This document shows positions 1 through 13,200 of a DNA stretch of 64,000 bases, in pieces. The notes beneath the pieces were generated by a model. The model was given only the letters and a program-made list of their open reading frames with translations. It was not told the origin of the DNA and made no database searches. The DNA is from Octopus vulgaris. Lineage: Eukaryota. The stretch spans positions 3,224,001 to 3,288,000 of the forward strand of contig OX597816.1 of the NCBI GenBank assembly GCA_951406725.2, given 5' to 3'. Made by a program: the position numbers and the translations under genes. Position 1 is the stretch's first letter. Every line of letters starts with the position of its first letter.

Positions 1-188
1 ACATCTACTCTCGCTCCATGGAGAACACTCAGATGTTTTGGCAAGGAGTTAAATAGCTGTGGGCCCTTGAATCCCGAGGTATTGCAGTACATGGTCCTCA
101 CCTTAGTCGAGAGCTGGGACCTTTGGAACATAGTACAATGACGTCCATTTCGACTCTCAAATCCAAAGCCTGGTGTCAGCCTCTTCAG
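1..188 (-). mobile_element. CR1/L2-like LINE ORF2 C-terminal fragment
   Basis: Minus strand translates as KVRTMYCNTSGFKGPQLFNSLPKHLSVLHG, matching the GPxLFNxLP motif of CR1-group ORF2 C-termini; same motif class as 52135-52555. Confidence 0.55.
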
Positions 189-199
189 TATATTTTTCT

Positions 200-372
200 A
201 TTATTATTATCGTTATCATTAATGATATGTTGCAGAACGAGATGAGTGACTCATGAACTCAGAGTTTCATGCGTTAGCACTTATGAAACTTTGATAACTG
301 CTAACGCACGAAACTCAGGACCCTTGAGTCACTTTGTCGCTTCTTCTAAATATTAATAATAAAAATATATAA
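200..372. repeat. Imperfect palindrome with two outward-facing hammerhead-like motifs
   Basis: AGTGACTCA (245-253) pairs with TGAGTCACT (325-333); GAGTTTCATGCGTTAGCA (262-279) pairs with TGCTAACGCACGAAACTC (299-316); centre near 289. Confidence 0.75.
286..335 (+). ncRNA. Putative minimal hammerhead ribozyme, U3-A8 core variant
   Basis: TTGATAA (291-297), stem II TGC-TAAC-GCA, GAAA, stem III ACTCA/TGAGT, GTC triplet, stem I AAACT/ACTTT with one mismatch. Confidence 0.4.
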
Positions 373-403
373 ATATATATTTCAATATGAATAATTTATA
401 GAA

Positions 404-842
404 GGCAGCTAACTGGCAGAATCGGTAGCACGCCCAGTAAAGTGCTTCGTGGCACTTTACTCGTCCGACTTGAGGTTCTGAGTTCAAATTCCGCTGAGGA
501 CGACTTTCAATCTTTGGTGGTCTATAAAATAAGTACCAGGTGAACCCTGCGGTCGATGCAATCGACTTCCTCCCCCCTTCCCCGAAACTGCTGGCTTTGT
601 GCCAAAGTTTGAAACCAAGGTTTATCTAAGGCAGCGAGCTGGCTGAATCGTTAGCACACCAGAAAAATGCTTGGTGGCATTTCTTCTGACTTTATGTTCT
701 GAGTTCAAATGCCGCCACGGACGACTTTGCCTTTTATCCTTTCGGAGTCGATAAATCAAGTACCAGTTGCGTACTGGGGTCGATCTAATCGACTTGCACT
801 CTCCTTCACAATTGTTCGCCTTGTGCCAAAATTTGAAGCCAA
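404..842 (+). mobile_element. Two tandem tRNA-derived SINEs (family A)
   Basis: Head GGCAGC(G/T)A(G/A)CTGGC.GAATCG, B-box-like GAGTTCAAAT, central GCCTTT(C/T)ATCCTTTCGG.GTCGATAAA..AAGTACCAG domain (resembles the Deu/Nin SINE domain). Copies start at about 404 and 630. Confidence 0.85.
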
Positions 843-859
843 TATCTGTCTGTCTGTCG

Positions 860-942
<83 letters not shown>

Positions 943-1034
943 CGTCTATCTGTCTGTCGATCTGTCTGTCTGTTTGCCTGTGTATGTATCTTTGCGTCTA
1001 TCCAACCTGCTATGGGTATATATACATACATATA

Positions 1035-1740
1035 TTATGGCTGTCCCCTCGTTATCGAGTATGGCCATTGCACGAAGCTTAACTGTTACTGGTGCTGTGA
1101 TCGAATGTGACATTTTAGCCCAGCTAAAGATCTACAATGTCTTGTACAAAACTGGCAACTAAAACCTTTACTGGTAATAGCCGGCTGTAGTTGTAACTGG
1201 GCTTCATGTACCTTTGCATGTCGTTTAAGTCCTCCTGCCGAATTACACTCTCTTCCACATGCCCGACAGATATGATTAGTATGGTGTGTTACACCACCAC
1301 CAGTGGCCAGGTTGTCACTCATCTGTCTCGCTTTATGACTATGAAGATGACTCTTGAGTCCAGCTTTACTGAGGCAGGGTCTTGCACAGACACTGCATGT
1401 CAGCATCATAGGAAGACCCTTCCCATGTGGAAGTGTAACAGCGATACCCTTCCTGACATCCCTCCTTACTTTCTCATGTGCAACTCGAGATTTCTCAAAA
1501 GTGGCTGTCTCCTCATGCACAATCCTTCTCCACCTGCTACGATCAATAGCTATGCCTTCCCAAGTGTCAGGAGAGATGCAAGCATCTCTTAAGGAAGCCT
1601 TCAGCAAGTCCTCATACCTCTTTTTTGGTTTATGTGGAGGTCATTCACCTTTAGCTAACTCTCCATAAAAGAGTTGTTTTGGCATCCTTGAATCCTTCAT
1701 CCTGACCAGATGACCACTCCATCTGAGCCTTTCCTTTAAC
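1035..1740 (-). mobile_element. 5'-truncated RTE-clade LINE with three C-terminal C2H2 zinc fingers
   Basis: ERLRWSGHLVRMKDSRMPKQLFYGEL..GE*PPHKPKKRYEDLLKASL..DRSRWRR (RTE post-RT signature, one TGA), then CSVC..H..SH, CRAC..H..VH and CQFC..H..QH. Short 3' UTR ends in a microsatellite. Confidence 0.9.
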
Positions 1741-2450
1741 ACAAGAGCTTATATACATATATACATACATACAAACATACATACATACATGCATACACAC
1801 ACACACGCACACACACACACACATATATGTGTATGTCTCTCTCTATATATGTATATATGCGCATATATATATATATGTATATATATGTGTATATATATGT
1901 GTATATATATGTGTACATATATATATATATATATCTACCGACCGACCAGACCATCAGATGTTGTTACACATCGCTGGTCACAATGCGTTCGCATTGTTTT
2001 AGCTTTCGAATGACGCTACCCCGCTGGCTAAGCGAGCAGGCCAATATATATATATATATATAGACATACATATACATACATATATATATATATTTATGTA
2101 TACATCTATCTATCTATCTTTCTGTATATGTGTGTGTACACACACACAACAAACCAATAACAACAATACAAATGAAAATCAGCAACATCTTGTACTTCGT
2201 TGTTTTGTGCAGTGGTTTTGGATTTTTGAGAGGTGCAAAAAACAAAAAAAAAAAAAAAAGAGAGAGAGTTCAGGTGTTAGCCACACCTGAACTCTTGAAT
2301 GTTGATAAAATAGCTGGATTTGAACGGAAAGATCTTGTGGCCAAGTGGCAACTATGCTGATTGCAAATGTAACCCAATCGCTATGCTATTTTACTGTGGG
2401 ACATGATACCGTCACCCAAACAGTGTATAACTTCCTCAAAAAGAGAGCTT

Positions 2451-2497
<47 letters not shown>

Positions 2498-2538
2498 AAG
2501 TGAAGTTGTAAGGTAACGCACGAGTAGAATTATATAAA

Positions 2539-2608
<70 letters not shown>

Positions 2609-2924
2609 GGAGGTTAACGTAATATAAGGGGATTTGCCATCCGTAGTGTAAAAGAAAACTGGTGGAGTTTTTGCTTTTAAAACTTGTGAAATATGGCCCT
2701 AAAATCTGGAGCAAACATAAAAGAAAGTGTGTTCAGTGATAGAAACATAATGTTTGGTGTAAAAGAACACAAAATACACAGACTTAATTAATGAGAAATC
2801 TGTGGATAATCCGTTTAGTCTGTTAATCTTAGAATTATATTTGTAATTTTGGGAGCTCTGGTTACATCTGTCAGCACTAATATACAGCACACACTACACA
2901 CACACATACATACACACACACACA

Positions 2925-2972
<48 letters not shown>

Positions 2973-3404
2973 GTGTGTGTGTAGATACATGTAATATATA
3001 CAACGCGGTCAACAAAAACGCACGTGGAAATAAAATGTCTTTGAATGCATTTCCTCAACAATTATCCAATCGAATTCAGCCGACATCTGTAGTCGTTATT
3101 TTTTCATCTGTTCACTCGAAAGATTAGTGTTACTTTAATCGGATTAAATTAAAATAAATAAATAAATAAATAAATAATTGATCCACTTTGTAGTGATTTG
3201 TGTTTTATGTGAATGGCTGGTATTGATTGATACCAACTTGACCAGTGCCAATACCAAAAGGTGGACCAAATATGTGAGCGATAAGAAACGGTTTGAGCAT
3301 TCGTCACACTCGGTGTTCCCATTGCAATCAAATCTGTTCAACCAAAAAGCCTCCGAAAATCCTTCCGTCGACGAAACTAGGTTCTTAAATATTATCGGAG
3401 TGAA

Positions 3405-3785
3405 ATTTTATTTCTTTACTACCCACAAGGAGCTAAACATAGAGGGGACAAACAAGGACAGACACAGGGATTAAGTCGATTATATCGACCCCAGTGTGTA
3501 ACTAGTACTTAATTTATCGACCCCGAAAGGATGAAAGGCAAAGTCGACCTCGGCGGAATTTGAACTCAGAACGTAACGGCAGACGAAATACCTATTTCTT
3601 TACTACCCACAAGGGGCTAAACACAGAGGGGACAAACAAGGACAGACAAAGGGATTAAGTCGATTATATAGACCCCAGTGTGTAACTGGTACTTATTTAA
3701 TCGATCCCGATAGAATGAAAGGCAAAGTCAACTTCGGCTAAGCATTTCGCCCGGCGCGCTAACGTTTCTGCCAGCTCGCCGCCTT
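3405..3785 (-). mobile_element. Tandem dimer of SINE family A
   Basis: Two near-identical units (TATTTCTTTACTACCCACAAGG.GCTAAACA..GAGGGGACAAACAAGG at about 3409 and 3593), head at about 3785. Confidence 0.85.
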
Positions 3786-3799
3786 TAAAGATATGCATT

Positions 3800-4450
3800 C
3801 CCATGGCGGGAAAATTATCGGACTGAAATCTACCTAAAGTTAAACTACATGCCAGCTAAACAGATCTGATAAGAAACAGCTTTCGTTACCCTCAAAATGG
3901 TTGTCATGGATAGCAGTTGTCATTTTAACTGTTTTGATTTTAGTAAATTTTCTGGAGACATCCAAAAATCAGCCGAAAGATGTCACAAAAGAAAGCAATA
4001 AAAACGTGAACAAACTGCAGCCAAATCCTCGTCTCTCGTCTCCGTCTGAATCTAATCCGATTGAAATGACTGTTTATAGAATATAGGCAACTTAGAAACT
4101 GTTTGAAACTCACTTTGAAAATAATTTTCCTAATTTCTCTAATCTATCATGAAGAAAAATAAAGACCATTTGATAAAGCCTTTCGACAAGTGATTGTCTA
4201 CGGTTGTTATCACCGTGAAATAACACCCAGCAGACATGAGTAGTAGATGAGATAATAAAACAACTCATCCATTTAGTCTAAAGTAAGTAAAGAAAAACTA
4301 GAAGAAAATATCAACAGCCTTCGTCAGCTGAATAAGTTTACTAGACACCAGGTACGACATCGCATGCAAAAAGAAAAAAAATGTTTAAAATGTACGGAGA
4401 TTCTTTCACCAAAGCTCTGGGAAAGCTACAAAATGAAGCGAGGGACTAGA
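3800..4450 (+). pseudogene. Possible highly degraded Penelope-like RT fragment
   Basis: LIKPFDK*LSTVVI near 4170-4212 resembles the PLE IKPADKG..VV motif. Many stops; no other clear motif. Confidence 0.25.
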
Positions 4451-4669
4451 AACAGACTTTATATTTCCCGTTCAAGTGAATGTCACTGATATATATATAC
4501 ACATACACACAAAATAATTGAGATTCAGATGAATTAGGTAGAAGCACCAAAAATTAGCGTGGTATTATCCGTACAACTTCAAAGTAAGGTGAATAAAAAC
4601 AAAATATGCAACAGGATACTGCATCACCTCTGGATATCTTGTTGCTTATTTTGATTTTATATATGTATA

Positions 4670-4755
<86 letters not shown>

Positions 4756-4850
4756 TATACACATACATATATATATGTATATATAAATAGATAGATATAT
4801 GTGTGTACACACACACATGTATATATGTAGAACTACAGGAGGTCTGATTA

Positions 4851-7187
4851 CACTAGTCAACAAAATTAAATGTATTATACTCATTATGAATGCAAACCAG
4901 CATTTTTGATGCTGATTTCAAACTTCCACTCCAGTTGTATGCATCACGTATTAGTTTTTCAGAAGATACATGCAAATATTTACATATTTGTAATGAAATG
5001 AAATCCTTAACTCGATAAATAAGGACATATTATTTTTAGGAGGTAAATGAGTTTATTGAGTTAAAAATCATCACTATCATTCTACAAAGAGTGAATACAT
5101 AAAAAATGGTTCAGACAAAACTAAGTTTGAACAACAGAGTTAGAAACATTGTGATTTGGATTTCCTGCGGTGTTCCTGATCTGATTGATCACGGTAAAGT
5201 GTCCAGCAGTAGTCAGCCAGCATGCTGCCATTCCAGAAGCCTTGGTACTGTTTCTGCATAGCACTAATGTTCTGGTGAAATATTTCATCATGTTCATCAG
5301 TGACTGCTCCAAGGTTATCTGTGAACAAATCCAGATGGGAGTCCAAGAAATGAACTTTCAGTGACACTCGACAAACCATTGCTGACTAACATTTCAGAAG
5401 ATTCTTGATGCCACCCTTGTAGTCCATTGCCTTCTTGTTGCCCAAGAAATTCTCACAGATCCAATTGAAAGCATTCCAGGCAGGCAGTTCCAGTTCATCT
5501 AGTGTTGTTTTGAATTTGACATCTTTGAGTACTTCTCTAGTTTGGGGTTCGACAAAAATACCCTCTTTCTACTTCGCCTGTGTGATTTTGGCAAACTTTT
5601 CTTGAATATACTCAAACCCTCTGGCATTTCTCTTCCCGAGTGTCTTTGCAAACAGTTTCATCAGTCCAAGCTGTTATGTGAAAAGGAGGCAATAGGACAT
5701 TACATGGATCTACAAGAGGTGTATTCTTGATGCTAGACAGTCCTGACTGGTATGATGTTCTTGTCTGCCAGTTTGATTCCGAAAAATATCTGTCAGTTGC
5801 TCTGATTATCCCCTAGACACAAGAAACAACAGTATTTTGTGAAACCTGACTGCATTCCCATTAACATTCCAATGACTTTTAAATCACCACATATATTCCA
5901 TGAGTATCTTTCATAGTCAATGACATGAAGTAAAAGTTCCATACTCTCACATGATTCATGAAGATGAACGGATTGTGCAATAGGAATGGAGGGCTTCGAA
6001 TTACCATTACGGAGTAGTACAGCTTTTAAACTTCGCTTTGAAGAGTCAATAAACAAACGCCGCTCTGCAGGATCATGGTTTTGTGATAAACATTCGAAAA
6101 GTTCATCGACGTTACTGTAAAAGCAAAGCGGGCCTTCAACAGAAAAAACACGTTTGTAGAACCACATTTCTCGGCCGAAAATAAGTTATGCAAACACCAT
6201 GCTCTAGCAGATACTTCTCCTTCAGTCTTGATGCCAACAATTCTGCTTTGTCTTTTGAGAGGGATAGGTCTCTGACGAGGTCATTCAGTTCTGCTTGAGA
6301 AAATTTCTGAGGTTTAACGCTTTCGTCGTCAGCCACGTAATCTTCCTCAGCGGCACTATCGTGACAGTCAGCATCATCATCTGATGTTTCACTACCATCA
6401 TCTGGTGGAACTGGAATTGGCAGACTTCCATTGTGAGGCACAGGTCACATTGCAAAATCCAAACTGGGATACACAATTTTGTTTATTGTTCATAGAAAAT
6501 CCTGTGACAATTATTTTGCAAAAATAACAGTCATTAAAATGGCTCCCTCCATATCATTGGAACGGCAAAAGGCATGGACTTCTTTTCATTGAACCAGTCA
6601 CATAAGTCATTTTAGTAAGCTGAGCAGATAAAATGTGGTGACCATAACTTGTCCTGATCTCCAAGAGGACAGTCAAAGTACAGCTTGTAAATCTTCTTGA
6701 TCTCTAGTGTTACTATGTACTCTTTTGAGCTTTCACAATAAATTGTCCACAGACATAAAACACAGCAAAACGATTTCTAACGATTTCTAAAACAAGTAAG
6801 GAAATAGATACAAACGGTTATATTTATATTGAATTTGAGATGGTGAAATATTTCATCAGACCAATTATGACTGGACAATTTGAGATGTTTGAAATACCTA
6901 TTTCATCAGACAAAACCTGACAGGTTAATTTAAGATGATAAAATATTGCACCTGAACTATGCAGCAATGAAAAAAGTAGTTTATTTTAAAGGTATGTTTT
7001 CATGATGTAAATGAAATACATGCATACGCATACTCGTCATTAATTGGAATTTCTATATAATGCATGAGCTAAAACCAAAAGACTTTCTCATCTTGAAAAC
7101 TGTATGTGATGTCAAAAAACTAATTGTATATTTGAAATCAGCATTAAGAACTACACTAAGTACACCTTGACATATGCTTGTTATGTG
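4851..7187 (-). mobile_element. Chapaev3-like (CMC) DNA transposon with disrupted transposase
   Basis: Fragments MPFAVPMIWREP..DCYFC, ELNDLVRDLSLSKDKAELLASRLKE, RLFIDSSKRSLKAVLL.NGN, ICGDLKVIGMLMGMQSGFTKYCCFLC, SLKVHFLDSHLD, MLADYCW. Left end CACTAGTCAACAA, degenerate right end TTGTTATGTG, TTA on both flanks, subterminal inverted motif GCTGATTTCAAA/TTTGAAATCAGC. Confidence 0.8.
5140..6760 (-). pseudogene. Transposase pseudogene
   Basis: ORF pieces 6136-6441, 5793-6167 and 5140-5379 are consecutive parts of one transposase broken by frameshifts and stops. Confidence 0.85.
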
Positions 7188-9079
7188 TTATCATAATATG
7201 CTGGTTTGTCAGAATACAGACAAATCTTGTAGCCACAAAAATTGAAAACACCGATTTGGCAGAAAACTATATTCACATTGTTTATCCAAACTTGTTGTAT
7301 ACTTTATCAAAGGATTCCGCTCTCAAACTATTGCAAATCCAACAAAGGTGTTGACTAATGAGCAAGCAGGTGGGAAAACGGAAGTGTGGTGATGTACTAA
7401 ATAATGCTTGTTAGTATTTGAAATAAAAAAAAAAAGTTATTAAATAATGCTTGTTAGTATTTGAAATAAAAAAATAAAAAGAATAGAAAAAAGAAACAAC
7501 ATTCAAAAAAACCAACAAAAACCCCTTAGATAGTTCGTAACAATGTCGATTGATAACAGAAATGGGTTCAATTCCATTCGTCCCTCGAGGTTGCTGGGGC
7601 CATTGCATACAATTAAAGTGTCTGCTGTTCTAGTTTCTGTCATTGAAAACCTTACAAAACCGGATAAAGGATCCTGGATATCCTAACTGAGAACTGAATG
7701 GTTGTCTTCGAAGTGATTATTCCAATTAAAGAATCGGTATATATTCTCCAATGGTGTTCTAAAACATCTCAGAATCGTTCGACCTACGAACCCCAAAAAG
7801 GGCCTGAAAAAGAGACAATTATTTAAACCAGAAAATATTGGTAAATTTCCTGTAAACATGGACAGGAAATCTAGCTTCTCTTAGACTCATGGCCACCACA
7901 TCAGACCACATTTCCAAGGCTATATTCCGTAATCCAAGACCAAAATATAATCACCGCGAAAATGGTGAACAAAGTAGAAAGTGAAGCTGTTAAGCTTCCC
8001 AAATATGACAGAAAACGTCCATTATGTCTGTGATTAGTAACCTCTTCCAAATGTCAAGAAGATTCTAGCCTGCTTCAGCCGTACCTAAGCAATCCTTAAG
8101 AAGGACTGTCCTGATATTGATATTGAAAATAATACTGTTACTGTTTCACGGAATATTGGTAGACTACACCTGTAGGTGTTCCACCGAAGGCAAATGCAAC
8201 AGTCCTGATACAGTTGCTTCGGACTCGAAAGAGAAAAAAATATGCAGTTATGAAAGTAAACCGTTTCTGTACGTTTGAATATTCCTTTAGAAATGAAGAG
8301 GTAGAAAAAATTACTGATTATTTACTGAAAATTTACTGAAAACTTCGAAAGGTGGCGACCCCTGCCCGGATTATATGTTGATATTGACCATTGTAAGTGT
8401 CTAGAAAAAATTTGACTTTCAGGCAAAGTAAGTGACCAGCTGCTAAGATGCCTTTTGAGATTACACTTTGTAAGCGGAACAATGAGAACATGCAAAACTT
8501 TTTAAAGGTTTAACATGTAACACGCAATCGTTTTTGGTATCTAAATTCCAACGATGGTGTTTTGTATCTTTGCAAGAAACACGTTTCTTCCGTATAAGAA
8601 GAATTCAAATAATTATAAAAAGACTTACATGTACACATGCATACACACACATATATACACGAATGGGGCATGAATGTGACTACGAACCTAAGAGTATATA
8701 TGTCTCTATGGACATATTCCTGAATATATATGTATGTGTGTATGTGTGTGTGTGTGAATATATATATATATTATATATAAACACTTATGTATGTATGTGT
8801 GTTTCCATATATGTATCTATATTTAATTGAATAACTCCAATCACCACAAACTCTTAACAAGGTAGTAGTAGTACTAGTAGTAGTAATAGCAGCAACAACC
8901 ACAACAACATGTCTACTAACAACAAAGGGAACGAGCGATAATGTTAATAAATGATGATAGTGATGCTGAATGGTGGTAAAATATAGGGAACATAAAAAGG
9001 AATATTTGATACAAGAGAAAGCATCTCTCGCACTCTCTCTCCACACACACACACACACACATATACATACATACATACA

Positions 9080-9113
<34 letters not shown>

Positions 9114-9251
9114 CATGCATACATAAATACACACATACATACATACATACATACATACATAGATACATACATACATACATACATACATACATACATACAT
9201 ACATACATACATGCTTATATATGCATGCATATACAGATCTATAAAATATAA

Positions 9252-9302
<51 letters not shown>

Positions 9303-9784
9303 TGCAATCAGAAACAATTTAAGCCTAATTAAATACAAAAGAATTGGCGGAGTCCGCTCCACTGCTTCGTCTTTTCCCTCCTCTTCACTCTCAATATACT
9401 GGTTCCATGGTTGCGTAACTCATAGAGGCCAGTTTTGCAGTGATTATTTCCTTAAAAACTGCTACTACAAGACGAGAATCAATTAAGAAACGCATTTGAA
9501 GAACACTGCCGAGGCTTTAACAAACTCTAAAAGACCTTCCCCCCACGCCTACCCCACCGTATTCCATTGTTGCGATTATTCTGTATTGCTTGTTGTTATA
9601 GCATGGTCCCATGTTACAAGCAAATTAACACCTTGCAGAAAACAAAACATTTAGCCTTCTATGTCCTCTCTTAATGAATTCTGCACAGTAGGGGCCGTCT
9701 GTTAAATGCTGAGAAACAGGAATAAACCAACTGGAAAACTAAATGCTTTTTAAAAAGGTTTGGCCGCTTCGTTTAAAGTTTGTT

Positions 9785-9983
9785 TATAAAAGAACCCCAC
9801 GTTCACAGGTATCGACTGGGTGCTCTGCTAATGCTGAAGGCCATGTTTTCTTTGAACAGGGAATCTATACCATTCTCCTTTCTTTCTTTCTTTTCTTCCT
9901 CTTTTACTGCCACTTTTCCTCTTTCTTTTCTCGTCGAGAGGGAAGTCTACCTGTCAGATAGGAGAATGGCTCAATTGGTAAGT
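9785..9983 (+). promoter_or_regulatory. Candidate TATA promoter and first exon
   Basis: TATAAAA at 9785, ATGGCTCAATTG at 9966-9977 followed directly by consensus donor GTAAGT, in non-repetitive sequence. Confidence 0.25.
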
Positions 9984-10120
9984 GAAGATTTAATCAGCAA
10001 ACATCGTTACATTGTCATCAACAGTTCCATTTATGTAATCTTATGGCGTATTCAAGGAACTCCTTTCACAGATGTATCAATTTTGCATAAATATATATGT
10101 GCAACAACAATGATAATAAC

Positions 10121-10162
<42 letters not shown>

Positions 10163-10308
10163 GATAAAAATAAAATATAAAGGAACAATGGAGAGCAGCA
10201 AACCACTATAAATAAAACAGCAACAACCGTAAGAAAGGAAGACGGAAAACGTCTTAATGCTTATGACGCAACAAAACTGTAGATTACGTAAGATGAGGAC
10301 AACAAAGA

Positions 10309-10361
<53 letters not shown>

Positions 10362-11077
10362 TGAAGACGGTGATGGTAATGATTATGATGATGCTGATGT
10401 AGATTTTCAAATGATTGAAGCAGACGACAGAAAAGAAAGAAGAGAAGAAAAAAAAATCCAATTGAAGGCGATGTAGAAAAGAAAGGAAAGAATTAAAAAA
10501 AGAGAAATATCTCAAAAAGGTATAAAATGAAATAAATAGAAAAAAACCGAGAAAAAACATCGCAGAGAATAGAAAACAATAAACCAAAAAAAAAAAAAAA
10601 AAAGAGATAAAATAAAATAAAATAAAGAATAAAGTAAGAGAAAACAAAACAACAATAACGAAATATTCTCCTCCCACAAAGGTTTTTGATTAAGCGTCCA
10701 TTATGGAAACTTTATATAGCATAGAGACTACCTAAGCGATTTGAAAACAGAGATGGCCAGTCGAAGTTAAACAACGAGGTTACAATCTGTAGGGCAGTCC
10801 CTTTTATTTATTCCTAATTTATTGATATAAAACCATAGGGCTCCCCCCCCCCAAATGTATTATTCATACGATAACAATGTGTCACATTAAAGTTGGTTCA
10901 TTTGGACAGGAAATAATGTGAGTTTAGAATCTCTCTTTTTTTTTTTTTTCTTTTGCCAAATGGTAGACACACTGTTGATAAGCCTTTTTCTATTGCTGTT
11001 TACTTCTTCTAAGCTCTTCAGACCTTGTAGCTCTCAGTATATATACATACATACATACACACATACATACATACATA

Positions 11078-11140
<63 letters not shown>

Positions 11141-11200
11141 TATGTATGCATATACACATATATGTACATATCTATCTATCTATCAATATCTATCTATCTA

Positions 11201-11236
<36 letters not shown>

Positions 11237-11309
11237 TATACATAAATGAACAAATATCTATCTCTTTTTATATACCTGTTTACATACATGCATGCATGCA
11301 TACATACAC

Positions 11310-11501
<192 letters not shown>

Positions 11502-11636
11502 ATATATAACAAAACATATCCCTCGGCCTGAAAGCTGGTTTTTTCATTTGGAAACTTTGAACCTTAATCCTTCCGTGAATTATCCTTGTGATGAGGGATT
11601 TAGCTGCAAGCACAGACTAGAAAGTATAAACTCCTC

Positions 11637-11677
<41 letters not shown>

Positions 11678-12899
11678 TTATAATAATTTTTTTTTGAAAA
11701 ATAAAATCAATTTTGAATGGTTTTTTTTTTGTTGTTGTGTAGAAAAAGAAAGATTTGAAGAGATATGAAGAAGAAGAAGAACAAGAAAGATAGGTGGATA
11801 TAGAATATAATAATAAAAATGAGAGAGAAATATAAGAAGAACGAGAGGGGGGAAATAGAGTGAAAGAAAGGGTGTGAGAGTGTGAGGAGGTGACAGAGAT
11901 AGTGAAAGGTTGTGTGATAAAAGTCGAGAGAAAGAAAGCGACAGAAGAAATTGAATCAAAATGGTGAATCAATTGTTGAAATTCGCGTTCTAAACACTCT
12001 TTTCTTCGTTTTGTTTTTGTCTGTGTTTGTGAGATTGTATTTTTATTTTGATATTGTTTTTGTTTTTTCGTCTTTATATTTCAAACTTTTTTCACCTCTC
12101 CCCCCCTCACACACACACAAAAAAAATCTTGTTGAGTTGTAATTATAGTCTTTTTCCATGCCTTTCTTTTGGCTGGCTCGCGTGTTGTCGACACTGTGAA
12201 GTGCATAGCCCGCTCCCCGACTCGTGAGGAAGCCCCAACTGCTTCTAGTTTTAAGCAAACGGATGGTAAAGCTTCTATTACTATGGTTACTTGAAACGCT
12301 GAGTTCCAGGCTCCTCGGCATGGACGTTGAGGTCTCCTCCCCAGACCATATCAGTCCGAATGCAACCCACAACATCTGCTAACAATTACTTGTCACAAAG
12401 AAAACATAAGTTTATTCTAACTCACACCCCGATTCTTTTTCTCGCTTGTTTTCTTCTGTCGTTCAGTGTCTCATAGTTCCGAAGATCGTGAGTGCTAACA
12501 GCCGGCGCTGCGAAGAGCAAATCAAGCGAAAGAACGAGAGAAAAGATTTAAAGAAAGTTGAATGTAGAAAGAAAGAAAAAGGATTTCAAATCGTCTCCAA
12601 ACAGAAATGAAATGATACGTTTTGACTTTTTTACTTTCAAACCTGTCTTCGTAAACACTGACTTCTTCCAACATTTTCAACCTTCCTGGTAAGACTCACA
12701 GCCAGTTCGTTTGTTTTTTCTTTTTCTTTTCAATTCGTCATTTTGAATTAGAAGTGAGCATTATTTTTTTTTTAAAGCCAAATGAATTACATTTATGAAT
12801 ATAGAAATAAAAAAAAAGATTTAATAATAATAATAATAAAAAAGAGGCCAGGGTAATGAAATTGGGGACTTTTATTGCTTCAGCGCACATTTAAAAACT

Positions 12900-13200
12900 T
12901 TTTCTTTGGCGCGCATTTCTCGTTTTCTTTTTTTAATTCTGGAACGGCAAAACATTTCTCGTCCCTCACCAAATTGGGGAAATGAAGTGTTTTTTTTCCC
13001 GCAGAGTTATCTCGCTTGCCACCATGGCCGAGGTAGCTGTTGAGAGCCCGAAACAGGAGCGCACCTCCCTCGCCCTGGGGCCTTCCTTTCTTTATAGCCC
13101 GCAAATTGATAAAACTCATTACATTCTAATGTGTTCTATTGGGCCCTAATCCAACACAATAGGTCTATTAACACATCTATCGAGACACACACCAGTAAAA
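12900..13200. promoter_or_regulatory. GC-richer unique island, candidate promoter
   Basis: Minus-strand CTATAAA (13091-13097), GCCACCATGG at 13018-13027, E2F-like TTTGGCGCGC near 12905, TAATCC and ACAAT motifs at 13147-13162. Confidence 0.3.

Noticed and set aside
3241-3252. Minus-strand TTGGCACTGGT matching the miR-96/182 5' region
   Set aside because: Identity stops at 11 nt and there is no pre-miRNA hairpin.
5278-5302. Minus-strand CTGATGA...GAAA hammerhead-like string
   Set aside because: Lies in transposase coding sequence (TDEHDEIF) and lacks proper stems.
7398-7475. Direct duplication of about 35 bp
   Set aside because: Ordinary local slippage duplication next to poly(A).
7540-8330. 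Unique-looking, possibly coding stretch
   Set aside because: The frames I read have frequent stops and no recognisable motif; probably an old TE relic that cannot be assigned.
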